In this document: piece after piece, positions 8,763 to 18,500 of the stretch
How the letters are laid out: every line of letters starts with the position of its first letter
Numbering within the stretch: the first letter of the stretch is position 1
Source: a virus
Taxonomy: Duplodnaviria > Caudoviricetes
Virus record (IMG/VR): IMGVR_UViG_3300042292_000020
Span: 1 to 26,367 of that record
Length of the DNA stretch: 26,367 bases
Direction: 5' to 3' (one strand)
Notes under the pieces: generated by a model
What the model was told of the DNA's origin: nothing
The model's input: only the letters and a program-made list of their open reading frames with translations
The model's database searches: none
Translations under genes and position numbers: made by a program

Positions 8763-9647
8763 TTAACCAGTTATCCAAGTTAAAGGGGTGCCGCCGTCGG
8801 CATAAGTTGATATTTCAGCATCAAGTTTATCTAGCAATGCCTGTCCTTCTGCTTTAAGTGCGGCACCATTTAAACTGCCACCGCCTTGTGGACCAGCAAT
8901 AGTAGCAAATTTCTCACGTGCTTGACCTATACTCATCATCACCAATGCATAAGCATAGTCTTGTATCCACGGATATACCTGCGGATCGTTTAACAACATA
9001 TTATCAGGTTTAACATTGTATACCCATAACGCAACACTTTCTACCGCAGTAGAGTTTGGTCCTTGCCAAGGTTGTTTGCGCAATACTGTTAATTTTTTAG
9101 TTGCTTTATTGAACGTAAAGTTCATGTAGCCACCAAACATAGTCATTGCTAGCTCTTGGTATTGTGTAAACAATTCGTAGTTAGCAAGTCCACCTACTCG
9201 TCCTGCCACTAACATATAAGTGTTTAAATATCCACTTGCAAATGGTTCAAATTGACTAGCTGTAGTACCTGTTACACTACCGATACCACGACGAAATATT
9301 TTTCTAACGTCCATAATCTCACGTGGTAATATGTATTCTTGTGTTTCTGGTTGTAAATCTAAGAACGCATAGCTTTCTTCTACTGCGTTTGAACTGCGTT
9401 GACGATAACGTATAAAGGCCTGCTTAATACCCATGTCGTAATGTTCTTTATCTGCTTCGACATCAACAATTTGATCACCTAATCGTAGACGAATGTAATC
9501 AATGATATCGTTGCGTTGTTGATTCTCTGGTATCAGCGGAGTTGCATCATAAGCAATATGCCCAGCACCTGTACCGGTAACTGGATTGTATAAACTGTCT
9601 GTAGTTAGACTGAGATTTGCGGTTAAATTACCTGTTGCTGTTGCCAT
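8763..9647 (-). CDS. gp13: Neck / head-tail adaptor protein
   Basis: IIDYIRLRLGDQIVDVE..., WIQDYAYAL...IGQAREKF...GPQGGGSLNG. Confidence 0.8.
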   Translation of the reverse strand: MATATGNLTANLSLTTDSLYNPVTGTGAGHIAYDATPLIPENQQRNDIIDYIRLRLGDQIVDVEADKEHYDMGIKQAFIRYRQRSSNAVEESYAFLDLQPETQEYILPREIMDVRKIFRRGIGSVTGTTASQFEPFASGYLNTYMLVAGRVGGLANYELFTQYQELAMTMFGGYMNFTFNKATKKLTVLRKQPWQGPNSTAVESVALWVYNVKPDNMLLNDPQVYPWIQDYAYALVMMSIGQAREKFATIAGPQGGGSLNGAALKAEGQALLDKLDAEISTYADGGTPLTWITG

Positions 9648-9650
9648 GTG

Positions 9651-9692
9651 AAATCATCCTGTTTCGTATATTTAGCACTAACAGGATGACTT
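9651..9692 (-). promoter_or_regulatory. RBS-sequestering hairpin with a late promoter (CTAAATA, 9675-9669) in its loop
   Basis: 10-bp perfect inverted repeat at 9654-9663 and 9680-9689; the downstream arm contains the AGGA SD of gp13. Confidence 0.75.
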
Positions 9693-9699
9693 TTAATGT

Positions 9700-10893
9700 T
9701 TATGCTACTTTGAGTAAAATAGTATCAAGGTTGATACGTCCATTTAGTTTAATATCAGTTGCTTTGATATTGTCTAAGAACTTACGCAATTCAATCTTGC
9801 CCGCGGCTAAGAATTCTTTTAGCTGCACCTCTGGCTTACGTAAAGTTTTTTGTACGCTTGTAGACTCGTTAAAACCTGTTATAGCAGTACCTTTAACACC
9901 AAGTGCACCACCCATATCTTCTGCTATGTATTTGCCTAGTTTACGTGTCTTAATATTGTAGACCCAAAGCTCGGTGGCGCCTATGATGTCAACTGGGTTG
10001 ATTGATACTAGTTTATTAGTAGTATCGTTTTTAGCATACTTGAGTTTAGCAATAAGTTTTTCTTTTTGCGGAGGCTTACGCACTGCCGCTTTCTTAGTTG
10101 CTTTCTTAACCTGTCCATACTGTGCAATGCCGTCAAACAATCGAGTATAGAAAGCATCATAACGTTTCCAGTCTGCCGCTTTCATATAGCTGTATGCTTC
10201 TTTTAAGTCTTCGTCGCTTGTTGACTTAGCTTCTGTAATTTCAGCATAACGACGTTCAAACACAGCCTGTATTTTACCTAGCATTGCCTGTGGTACGCCT
10301 TTACCACTTAGGTATTCGTATGCTTTAGGTTCTACAGTCTTACCTTCGTACAAACTATCTTCAAGTTCTTCGAAGTGCAAGATATGAGTTTTCATAATCT
10401 CATTCATACGGTCCTGAATAGTAGGCACCTTAACTGCTGGTTTGGTTTTATCTGTTATTTCTTCAAGTACCTTAACATCGTTATCATCCAATGCTAATGC
10501 TTTAGTTACGGCACCAATAATGTACTTGATTTCACGTTCACGCAATGGCATACCCTTACTGTGTGCTTTAATCAGCGCAGGCGCAGTTAACGGAGTGTAA
10601 CCGTCTGTGCTTTTAGCAAAACGTGTAATAGTTACAGCATCTAGTTTATGAGCAACGCCTGCTGTCTGTTTTAACCACTCGACCAAATACTTTTTAAGCT
10701 CTTTGCTAGAATAGAAATAGTTGTAATAGCGCAAGCTCTTGCGCATCTCGTGATCAAACTCTTCATCTGTAAACTTTAACGCACGTTCGGTATCCCAAAC
10801 TGGCTCACTACCAACAGCTTTCTCATCTGCAAAAATTGGATCACGTGTTGCTGTCTTAGCTTTTTTCTTTGCTCCGTCAATTTTAATAGCCAT
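9700..10893 (-). CDS. Basic hypothetical protein of T4-like phages, probably early
   Basis: 397-aa Lys-rich ORF with AAGGA SD and a sigma70 promoter. The C-terminal block LWVYNIKTRKLGKY...VKGT...KTLRKP is recalled from T4-like phage hypotheticals. Confidence 0.75.
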   Translation of the reverse strand: MAIKIDGAKKKAKTATRDPIFADEKAVGSEPVWDTERALKFTDEEFDHEMRKSLRYYNYFYSSKELKKYLVEWLKQTAGVAHKLDAVTITRFAKSTDGYTPLTAPALIKAHSKGMPLREREIKYIIGAVTKALALDDNDVKVLEEITDKTKPAVKVPTIQDRMNEIMKTHILHFEELEDSLYEGKTVEPKAYEYLSGKGVPQAMLGKIQAVFERRYAEITEAKSTSDEDLKEAYSYMKAADWKRYDAFYTRLFDGIAQYGQVKKATKKAAVRKPPQKEKLIAKLKYAKNDTTNKLVSINPVDIIGATELWVYNIKTRKLGKYIAEDMGGALGVKGTAITGFNESTSVQKTLRKPEVQLKEFLAAGKIELRKFLDNIKATDIKLNGRINLDTILLKVA

Positions 10894-10925
10894 CTGTTCT
10901 TCCTTGTTAATAGTTTATATATAGC

Positions 10926-10954
10926 ATTATACAGCCATTTGTTGTATTTGTCAA
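10926..10954 (-). promoter_or_regulatory. sigma70-type early promoter
   Basis: Perfect TTGACA-17 nt-TATAAT. Confidence 0.88.
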
Positions 10955-10956
10955 GC

Positions 10957-11223
10957 TCATCCTGCCAGTAGAACTGCAAACGTTATCATACGTTCATAGT
11001 TTGCTATCTCTTCATTGACTTTGTCAACTAATTCTTTATGTAGTCTAGTCTGCTTTTGGTGTCTACGACAATTGATTTCTTCTTTACTTATATCTTTAAC
11101 CATTAGTCCAATATTATGACTGATGTTCCACATTTCGTGCGTGTACTTTTTCATTTTATGTAATGGCGCTTCTAATGCAGTCTGCACTTCTGGCCAATCT
11201 AAACTTGATTGTATTTCATTCAT
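10957..11223 (-). CDS. Hypothetical helical protein, probably early and leaderless
   Basis: 88-aa ORF directly downstream of a sigma70 promoter. Confidence 0.7.
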   Translation of the reverse strand: MNEIQSSLDWPEVQTALEAPLHKMKKYTHEMWNISHNIGLMVKDISKEEINCRRHQKQTRLHKELVDKVNEEIANYERMITFAVLLAG

Positions 11224-11229
11224 AAAGCA

Positions 11230-11258
11230 AGTATAGCATCTATTTGCAGCTATGTCAA
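11230..11258 (-). promoter_or_regulatory. sigma70-type early promoter with extended -10, likely leaderless
   Basis: TTGACA-17 nt-TATACT (TGcTATACT), then 6 nt, then ATG 11223. Confidence 0.82.
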
Positions 11259-11264
11259 TCTAAG

Positions 11265-11271
11265 CTAAATA
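11265..11271 (+). promoter_or_regulatory. T4-late-like promoter box (CTAAATA) for gp14-gp15
   Basis: Ahead of the AGGA SD and ATG 11293; back-to-back with the early promoter. Confidence 0.65.
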
Positions 11272-11292
11272 TTAGATATACAGGACTATGTA

Positions 11293-12834
11293 ATGCCAAG
11301 ATTAAGCATGTACCGCCCAAATAAGGGAAATGATTATAAATTCTTCGACCGCAGAATCAGTGAGATGTTTACTGTTGGCGGCGTTGATATTAATATTCAC
11401 AAGTATCTTGGTCCAATCGAACAAGGCACCAGCATTACTACTTCGGCAGCGCAGGGTTCGCCTGGCACCCAATTAGTATTTGCTAATACATCGGCTGTAA
11501 CCCGTGGTATGTTTGTTGCGGGTACTAATATTCCTGCTGGCGCAACAGTCATTGCAAAGACTAGCACAACTATTACATTATCAGCAAGCACCACAGCTAT
11601 TGTTGGGTCTGGTGCAACCATTGCCGTCTATCCTGATGCAACACAGCCTAGTTATGCTAATGAAAGTGTGAAAAATATACAAGACCTATTGTTTTTAGAA
11701 AATAGAGATCGTAAGTACGACACTAGTGTCTACACTATGCGCAGTGTTTATCGCATGAACGACAATGATTTTGACCTAAGTCAGTTTGGTTTGTTCTTAA
11801 CTGGAGATACTATGTTTATGGTATTTCATTTGAACGATATGGTTGAAACACTAGGTCGTAAGATTATGGTAGGCGACGTAATGGAACTACCACATTTAAA
11901 AGACTTTTATCCATTAGACGATGATTTACCCAGTGCGCTAAAACGTTATTACGTTGTGCAAGATGCTACACGTGCGGCAGAAGGATTTAGTCAAACATGG
12001 TATCCGCATTTATGGCGTGTTAAAGTTGCTCCGCTGGTCGATAGTCAAGAATACAAAGACATTACACAAAACATCAGCAGTGGCGATGATAACAATACAC
12101 CAATTGGTGATTTATTAAGCACCTACGACAAGTATACTGCGGTTAACGATGCTATTATTGCTCGGGCAGAAGCCGAAGTGCCACTAAGTGGATATGACAC
12201 TAGTACCATTTATACCTTGCCAGTTGATACTAATAATTTACCAAATGTAGCTATTACATCTACTGCTAAAGTACAAGGATACTTAACAAGTACAGGTTTG
12301 CCGCCAAACGGATTGGCGGTTAGTGCAGGAATTGCGTTTCCGTCTACTCCAGCCGTTGGCGATTACTACCTACGCTTAGATTATGTTCCTAACAGACTAT
12401 TCCGGTACGATTCTAAACGTTGGATTAAAATTGAGGATTCTGTACGCACTAACCTAACACCGGGATTAGATAATACAACTCAACGTAGTGGTTTTGTTAA
12501 TAATATAAATGCCACATATAGTGGCGGACTTGGTTGGGACGCAATTCGTGTTGCTACCTCTTACACTCCGGCGGGCAACGCAAAAACATTATCATTTAAT
12601 ATGTCAACTAAGACAGTTGTAACAAAAATTGCGTATGTTAGCACACATGGCGTAAAAACTACATTAAATGGCACACATATTACCAATACTGTAGCAAATA
12701 CTGCTGGAAATGTGTCATTTACTCTCACAAATACCTTAGCAACTAACGATATGCTAGAATATACAGTTTACAGCAAAGTAACACCAGAACGTCAGGGTTT
12801 ATCTGACATACTTTCACCTTTGGCGGATAATTAA
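11293..12834 (+). CDS. gp14: Neck / head-closure protein with inserted and C-terminal accessory domains
   Basis: EMFTVGGVDINIHKY...FDLSQFGLFL...GDVMELPH core; precedes the gp15-like gene with a TAATG overlap. Confidence 0.7.
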   Translation: MPRLSMYRPNKGNDYKFFDRRISEMFTVGGVDINIHKYLGPIEQGTSITTSAAQGSPGTQLVFANTSAVTRGMFVAGTNIPAGATVIAKTSTTITLSASTTAIVGSGATIAVYPDATQPSYANESVKNIQDLLFLENRDRKYDTSVYTMRSVYRMNDNDFDLSQFGLFLTGDTMFMVFHLNDMVETLGRKIMVGDVMELPHLKDFYPLDDDLPSALKRYYVVQDATRAAEGFSQTWYPHLWRVKVAPLVDSQEYKDITQNISSGDDNNTPIGDLLSTYDKYTAVNDAIIARAEAEVPLSGYDTSTIYTLPVDTNNLPNVAITSTAKVQGYLTSTGLPPNGLAVSAGIAFPSTPAVGDYYLRLDYVPNRLFRYDSKRWIKIEDSVRTNLTPGLDNTTQRSGFVNNINATYSGGLGWDAIRVATSYTPAGNAKTLSFNMSTKTVVTKIAYVSTHGVKTTLNGTHITNTVANTAGNVSFTLTNTLATNDMLEYTVYSKVTPERQGLSDILSPLADN

Positions 12835-14249
12835 TGAGTAGTCAATTCTTTTACGATGGTCAGATCGAACGCTTTGTAGTACAATTCATTAGAATAATGA
12901 GTGGCTACGAAGTTGAGTTTGGACAGGATCGCACAGGCAGTAAAACTCTACAACGTGTGCCAGTTTACTATGCAGATGGTAGCAAACAAGTTGCGGCTAT
13001 TTTAGCCAACAACAGTGAAAACGCTATGCAGACTGTGCCAGCAATGGCTGTGTATATTAGTGGATTAACCTACGACAGAGACCGTGTACAAAGCCCTACT
13101 TATGTTAATAACATGAGTATACGTCAACGTAAATATGATGAAACTACCGATACCTACGAACAAACGCAAGGCAATGCATTTACCATTGAACGTATAATGC
13201 CTGTGCCCTACACATTAGAATTAAAATTAGATATATGGACCAGTAATACAAAACAAAAATTACAGTTAGTTGAACAGATATTGCCTTTATTTAATCCTGG
13301 GTTAGAAATACAAAGTACAGACAATTATATCGACTGGACAAGTTTAAGTGTCATTTATTTAGATAGTCCTAATTGGTCAAGTCGTTCAGTGCCTGTGGGT
13401 ACTGAAAATCCAGTTGATGTTGCCACCCTTACATTTAAATTGCCGATTTGGATTAGTCCACCCGCTAAAGTTAAAAAACTTGGTGTTATACAAAAGATTA
13501 TTGCCGGTATACACGATGCACAGGGTGATTTAAATTCTGCCGCCTACACCGAAGCTAATCTAATGGGTACTCGTATGTATTATACTCCTATGGATTATGG
13601 TGTGTTACTGTTAAGAAGTGGTGGTAACTCTTACACATTAACATTATTGAAAGTAAGCGAAATTGAAGATCCACGCGAGCCCACGTTAAGTACTCCTACT
13701 AAAATTGGTACACGTGATAACTGGCATAATTTAGTTAATGTATATGGCGCATTAGTTGATGGTATCAGTCAAGTTAGATTATTAGCAGATGATGGCGAAT
13801 CAGAGATTGTTGGTACTGTTACCTATCACCCAACAGATGATAGTTTGTTAATTTTTAATGCAGATATTGATACCTATCCTGCAAACACATTAGCTGCAAT
13901 TGATGCTATTGTTGACCCACGTAAGAATACTGCGGTAGCGTTAGCACAAGGTGCTGTTAATGGTACACGTTATTTAATATTAAATTCAATTGGCAGCAGT
14001 GCTAATGGTGCGTTAGAAGGCCCGAGTGCATGGCGCGGGTCAGATGATGCAGATTTAATAGCAAACGCAAATGACATTATTGAATTCAATGGCACGCACT
14101 GGACTGTTGTATTTGACAGTTCGGCTGCGACTGTGTTACAATACGTGTCAAATTTGAATACCGGAACACAATATAAATGGAATCTTAATCAATGGGTTAA
14201 ATCCTTTGAGGGAGAATATAAAAATGGACTCTGGACATTAGTTCTTTAG
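12834..14249 (+). CDS. gp15: Tail terminator / sheath stabiliser with C-terminal extension
   Basis: FFYDGQIERF..., RVPVYY, PAMAVYISGLTYDRDR, PVPYTLELKLDIW, QLVEQILPLFNP. Confidence 0.85.
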   Translation: MSSQFFYDGQIERFVVQFIRIMSGYEVEFGQDRTGSKTLQRVPVYYADGSKQVAAILANNSENAMQTVPAMAVYISGLTYDRDRVQSPTYVNNMSIRQRKYDETTDTYEQTQGNAFTIERIMPVPYTLELKLDIWTSNTKQKLQLVEQILPLFNPGLEIQSTDNYIDWTSLSVIYLDSPNWSSRSVPVGTENPVDVATLTFKLPIWISPPAKVKKLGVIQKIIAGIHDAQGDLNSAAYTEANLMGTRMYYTPMDYGVLLLRSGGNSYTLTLLKVSEIEDPREPTLSTPTKIGTRDNWHNLVNVYGALVDGISQVRLLADDGESEIVGTVTYHPTDDSLLIFNADIDTYPANTLAAIDAIVDPRKNTAVALAQGAVNGTRYLILNSIGSSANGALEGPSAWRGSDDADLIANANDIIEFNGTHWTVVFDSSAATVLQYVSNLNTGTQYKWNLNQWVKSFEGEYKNGLWTLVL

Positions 14250-14278
14250 TTGACATTTATCAGTTAGTGTAGTATAAT
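14250..14278 (+). promoter_or_regulatory. sigma70-type early promoter, likely leaderless
   Basis: Perfect TTGACA-17 nt-TATAAT, then 7 nt, then ATG 14286; no SD. Confidence 0.88.
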
Positions 14279-14285
14279 AGTTAAT

Positions 14286-14738
14286 ATGTTAACTAAAATA
14301 AAAGAATCAGTATCAAATAAATCAATTGAAGGTGTTGGCACGTTCATTTATTGTGTCGTAACACATCGATATCTTTTTTTATTACGTAATGCAAGTAAGT
14401 ATTCTGGTACGTGGGGATTAGCCGGCGGTAAGATCGACAACGGCGAACAGTTACTTGAATCATTACATCGAGAGCTTGCAGAAGAATTAGGTGTAGATTT
14501 TTCCTCTGCTAGAGTAATACCTATCGAAAAATTCACCAGTGACAAAAACAATTTCTCTTATCATACATTTTTACTACCTGTCAACGAAGAATTTGTTCCT
14601 GAGTTAAATCATGAGCATAGAGGATATTGTTGGGTTGAATTGGGTGATTATCCTAAACCCCTACACCCCGGAGTTTGGCGTACAGTTAATTTTAAAGAAG
14701 TTATTGCTAAGATTAAAACACTAGAATCTATATTATAG
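14286..14738 (+). CDS. Nudix hydrolase
   Basis: Complete Nudix box GKIDNGEQLLESLHRELAEELGV. Confidence 0.92.
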   Translation: MLTKIKESVSNKSIEGVGTFIYCVVTHRYLFLLRNASKYSGTWGLAGGKIDNGEQLLESLHRELAEELGVDFSSARVIPIEKFTSDKNNFSYHTFLLPVNEEFVPELNHEHRGYCWVELGDYPKPLHPGVWRTVNFKEVIAKIKTLESIL

Positions 14739-14742
14739 CCAC

Positions 14743-14769
14743 AAAAAAAGCACCGCAAGGTGCTTTTTT
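14743..14769. terminator. Bidirectional intrinsic terminator
   Basis: A7-GCACC-GCAA-GGTGC-T6 between convergent genes. Confidence 0.92.
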
Positions 14770-14781
14770 ATTACTACTGTA

Positions 14782-15519
14782 TTATAGATTTGCTTCTATT
14801 ACAAATTGTCTAAATGATATCTGACGGAAATTTACTAATGCTTTCCATTCGTCTGGCATCGTTACTCTTCCTGCTTTAGTTACCCACACAAAATCAACAT
14901 CATTATATGTATTAATTAACATTGCACGATCTGCTACCCACTTTTGAGACGATGATTCACTTCTAGTTTCTCCGTATCCAGCAGTATCTGCATAAACATT
15001 ATAATTATAGCCCGGAGTATCTTGATTATCAAACCCTAATAGGAATATTTTTTTATGTCCATCAAATGCCGCAATATATGCCGCTGTAGTACCTGCATCA
15101 GTATACGGATCTCGTGGTATTAAATAGAATTTATTTGGATATTCAAGTAAGTGAATCGCACTTGTATATACAATATTATCTGTAGGATAATTTTTACCCG
15201 CCAGTTCTGCAATAATACCATTACCACGTGCTACTAAAAAGTCCGGAGTATAATCTCTATAAAGTGCATTACAGCCATATGTTTGTACTGTATCTGCACC
15301 CAATAGTCCGCCTCTGTGCTCAAAAATTGCTCGCATATCGAAGTCTAGTCTAGACGGGCCGTTGCCAATGACAACAGCCTGATTAGATATTTGGGTATTA
15401 GTAACAGCGTTTGGCAGATGTTCCGTTGTATCGTGCCAAACACCGTCTGTATAATTACGCTCTACTACAATATCTTCGCCGGTATAATCTGCTCTGTATA
15501 ACTTATTAATTTTTAACAT
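14782..15519 (-). CDS. GT42/Maf/MptE-like (sialyltransferase-fold) protein, putative glycosyltransferase
   Basis: VVIGNGPS, YGCN, PDFLV and AGTTAAYIAAFDGHKKIFLLGFD parallel the CstII motifs GNGPS and SG...A...GYKEIYLSGID. Confidence 0.65.
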   Translation of the reverse strand: MLKINKLYRADYTGEDIVVERNYTDGVWHDTTEHLPNAVTNTQISNQAVVIGNGPSRLDFDMRAIFEHRGGLLGADTVQTYGCNALYRDYTPDFLVARGNGIIAELAGKNYPTDNIVYTSAIHLLEYPNKFYLIPRDPYTDAGTTAAYIAAFDGHKKIFLLGFDNQDTPGYNYNVYADTAGYGETRSESSSQKWVADRAMLINTYNDVDFVWVTKAGRVTMPDEWKALVNFRQISFRQFVIEANL

Positions 15520-15522
15520 TAA

Positions 15523-18500
15523 TTACACCTTAATATATGATACGCTAAGTTTTACTGCATTACCTGCTGCAACACCTGTGTAGCTTAATTCAACGTTAGC
15601 ACCATTTACTGCTACAGATACTGTGCCCAATGCAGCGGCTCCTGTGTACATAGTTGCATATTGTGTGCGTGTTGCTGTTGTACCGTTGTGTATTACTAAT
15701 ACTTCGGTAGTTTCAAATTCAGTTCCGCCACTGTTTGATATTGATAATACGTATTTTGCTGAACGATATGTCGCTTTAGCAAAACTATCAATGACTACAG
15801 CACTAGTACCTACGGTAACTGCTGTTTGATCATATATAATTTTAGTACCGTTTGTGTATGTTACAGATTGTGCATTAACGGTTACATGATCACTAGATGA
15901 ATCACCAATATTAATATTGCCAGCAGTATCACCTAATACAGTTAAACTACCTTTGATTATTACATCATTTTCAAATGTAGCTAGTCCGTCGTTGTCTATA
16001 CTGAATTTTTTAGTTGTTACACTAGCTCCTGTATAAATTTGTGCTTCGGTATTAGTTGTAATAAATTGTACTAATCCGTTGGCACTAGTAAGTGCTGATA
16101 CTACAGATGTAGTTGCTAATAAACGTACATCAATTACGTCGCCTAATGCCGGTGCTTCGGTAAATGTTAATACATCTAAGCTAACATCATATGCAAGTGC
16201 TGGTATCTGTATTACACCGTTGATACTAACAATAGTTGCAGCTGTAGTTGATTCATCTTGTAGCGTAAATGTTGTGTTAACGCCGTTAACGTTACCATAC
16301 GGATTGCCTGTTGCATCAGAAAATTGTCTATCACTAATTACAGTAAATACAGAACCTGCTGTTTGCCATATAGAACCATCAAAGAACTCTAAGTTATTAA
16401 TGGAATTATTAAATCGTACCATGCCGCCGACATCAACGTTACCACTGTTACTTGGACGTTGTGCAGTTGACCCAACTGGTAGCAACATTGTATCAGTTGC
16501 ATCAATTTTTAATGTTACACCACCTTGTACAGTTGTATTACCACCACTACCTTGATAATGCCCACCACCTATAATAACTGAATCTGCATTGCTGTTTGCA
16601 TAAATTAATGCAGTTGAGTTTTTACCTTTAACTACAAAGTTTTCTGCGCTTTGTGCATTATTAATTGTAGCGCCGTTGGCTACATATATATTTGTAGCAA
16701 ACCCTGCGCCACCTGAAACTTGCAGTGCACCAGTTGTTGTTGATGTTGCTGCTGTAGTTGCCGAAATAGTTGCATTGCCTACTATGTTAGTTGTTGCATT
16801 GCGGATATTTGTTGTACCAGTAGTAGCACCTAAGTTGAATGTAGTTGCAGAACCACCAACATTTAATGTTGTTACGTTTACGTTTGCAATATCAAGTGTT
16901 GTTTGTCCACTGTAAATTGTAGTTGCGTTTGGTAGGTACACGTTTGCATTACGTATATTAAATGTACCTGTTGCGGCACCTGTTACTACAGAAGTAGCAG
17001 CACCTGCAAAGTTCATCGTTGTTGCTACAGTATTATATAATGCTTGCGTTGCTTGTTGTCCAACTACAGTTGGGTTGTTGATAGTAATAGTACCGCTACC
17101 AGCACCAATATTTGCTGTAGTTGCTGATGTAAATGCACTTACTGTTGTTGCGTTTTGTGTTAACAAGCTAACTGTTGTTTGCGCACCATCAATAGTTGTT
17201 GCATTTGGTACCCATACATTTGCATTATTAGCAGTAAGTATACCAGTTGCAGCACCTATGTTAAGTGCAGTAGCAGCACCTGCAAAGTTCATTGTAGTTG
17301 CTACTGAATTGTACAATGCTTGCGTTGCTTGTTGACCAACTAATGTTGGGTTGTTGATAGTAATAGTACCACTACCAGCACCAATATTTGCCGTAGTTGC
17401 TGATGTAAATGCACTTACAGTTGTTGCGTTTTGTGTTAATAGTGAAACTGTTGTTTGTGCACCATCAATAGTTGTTGCATTTGGTACCCATACGTTTGCA
17501 TTATTAGCAGTAAGTGTACCAGTTGCAGCACCAATATTAAGTGCAGTAGCAGCACCAAATGCATTTACTGTTGTAGCATTTACATTTAATAATGCAACAG
17601 TAGTTTGTGCACCACCAATAGTTGTTGCATTTGGTACCCATACGTTTGCATTATTAGCAGTAAGTGTACCAGTTGCAGCACCAATATTAAGTGCAGTAGC
17701 AGCACCACCTAAGTTTAATGTTGTTGCAGTTGTGTTATATAAATCTTGTGATGCTTGCGTACCAACTACAGTTGGATTGCCAATAGTAATTGTACCACTG
17801 TTTGCACCAACTGCGATTGTAGTTGCAGCACCACCTAAGTTTAACGTAGTGGCAGTTGTATTATATAATGCTTGCGTTGTTTGCGTACCGACTACAGTCG
17901 GGTTATTAATAGTTAACGTACCACTTGTAGCACCAAACTCTAAGTCAGTTGCAGCTTTAAATGCATCTACAGTAGTTGCGTTTGTATTAAACACCGTAGC
18001 AGTAGCACTTGTAGTAGTAATGTCACCACCATTAACAGCTAAATCACCAGTTAACGTAACATCACCAGTAATACCCAATGTTCCTCCAACTGTTGCATTA
18101 CCAATAATATTAGTAGTTGCATTGCGGATATTTGCTACACCTGTAGTAGCACCAAGTATCATTGTAGACGCAGCACCAAATGCGTTTACAGTAGTTGCAG
18201 TTGTATTGTAAACATTTTGTGTTGTTTGTGTACCAACTAATGTTGGGTTACCAATAGTAATTGTACCACTATTAGCACCTGCGTTAATTGCAGTAGCAGC
18301 ACCTGCAAAGTTAACCGTTGTTGCTGTTGCATTTAGTAAATCAAATGTACTAGCCGATGTAGTTGCTGCGCCACCGTTAACAGCTAAGTTAGCAGTTAAT
18401 GTAGTATCACCAGTTACACCAAGTGTTGTACTAAATTGTGCAGATGTACCGATTAAATGTTTATTTAAATTCCAACTAGTTGTTGCGTGTGTGTAAAGTA

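Noticed and set aside
11288-11295. ATG-TAA start-stop overlapping the gp14 start (ATGTAATG)
   Set aside because: SD spacing (2 nt versus 7 nt) favours the real ATG; likely chance in AT-rich DNA
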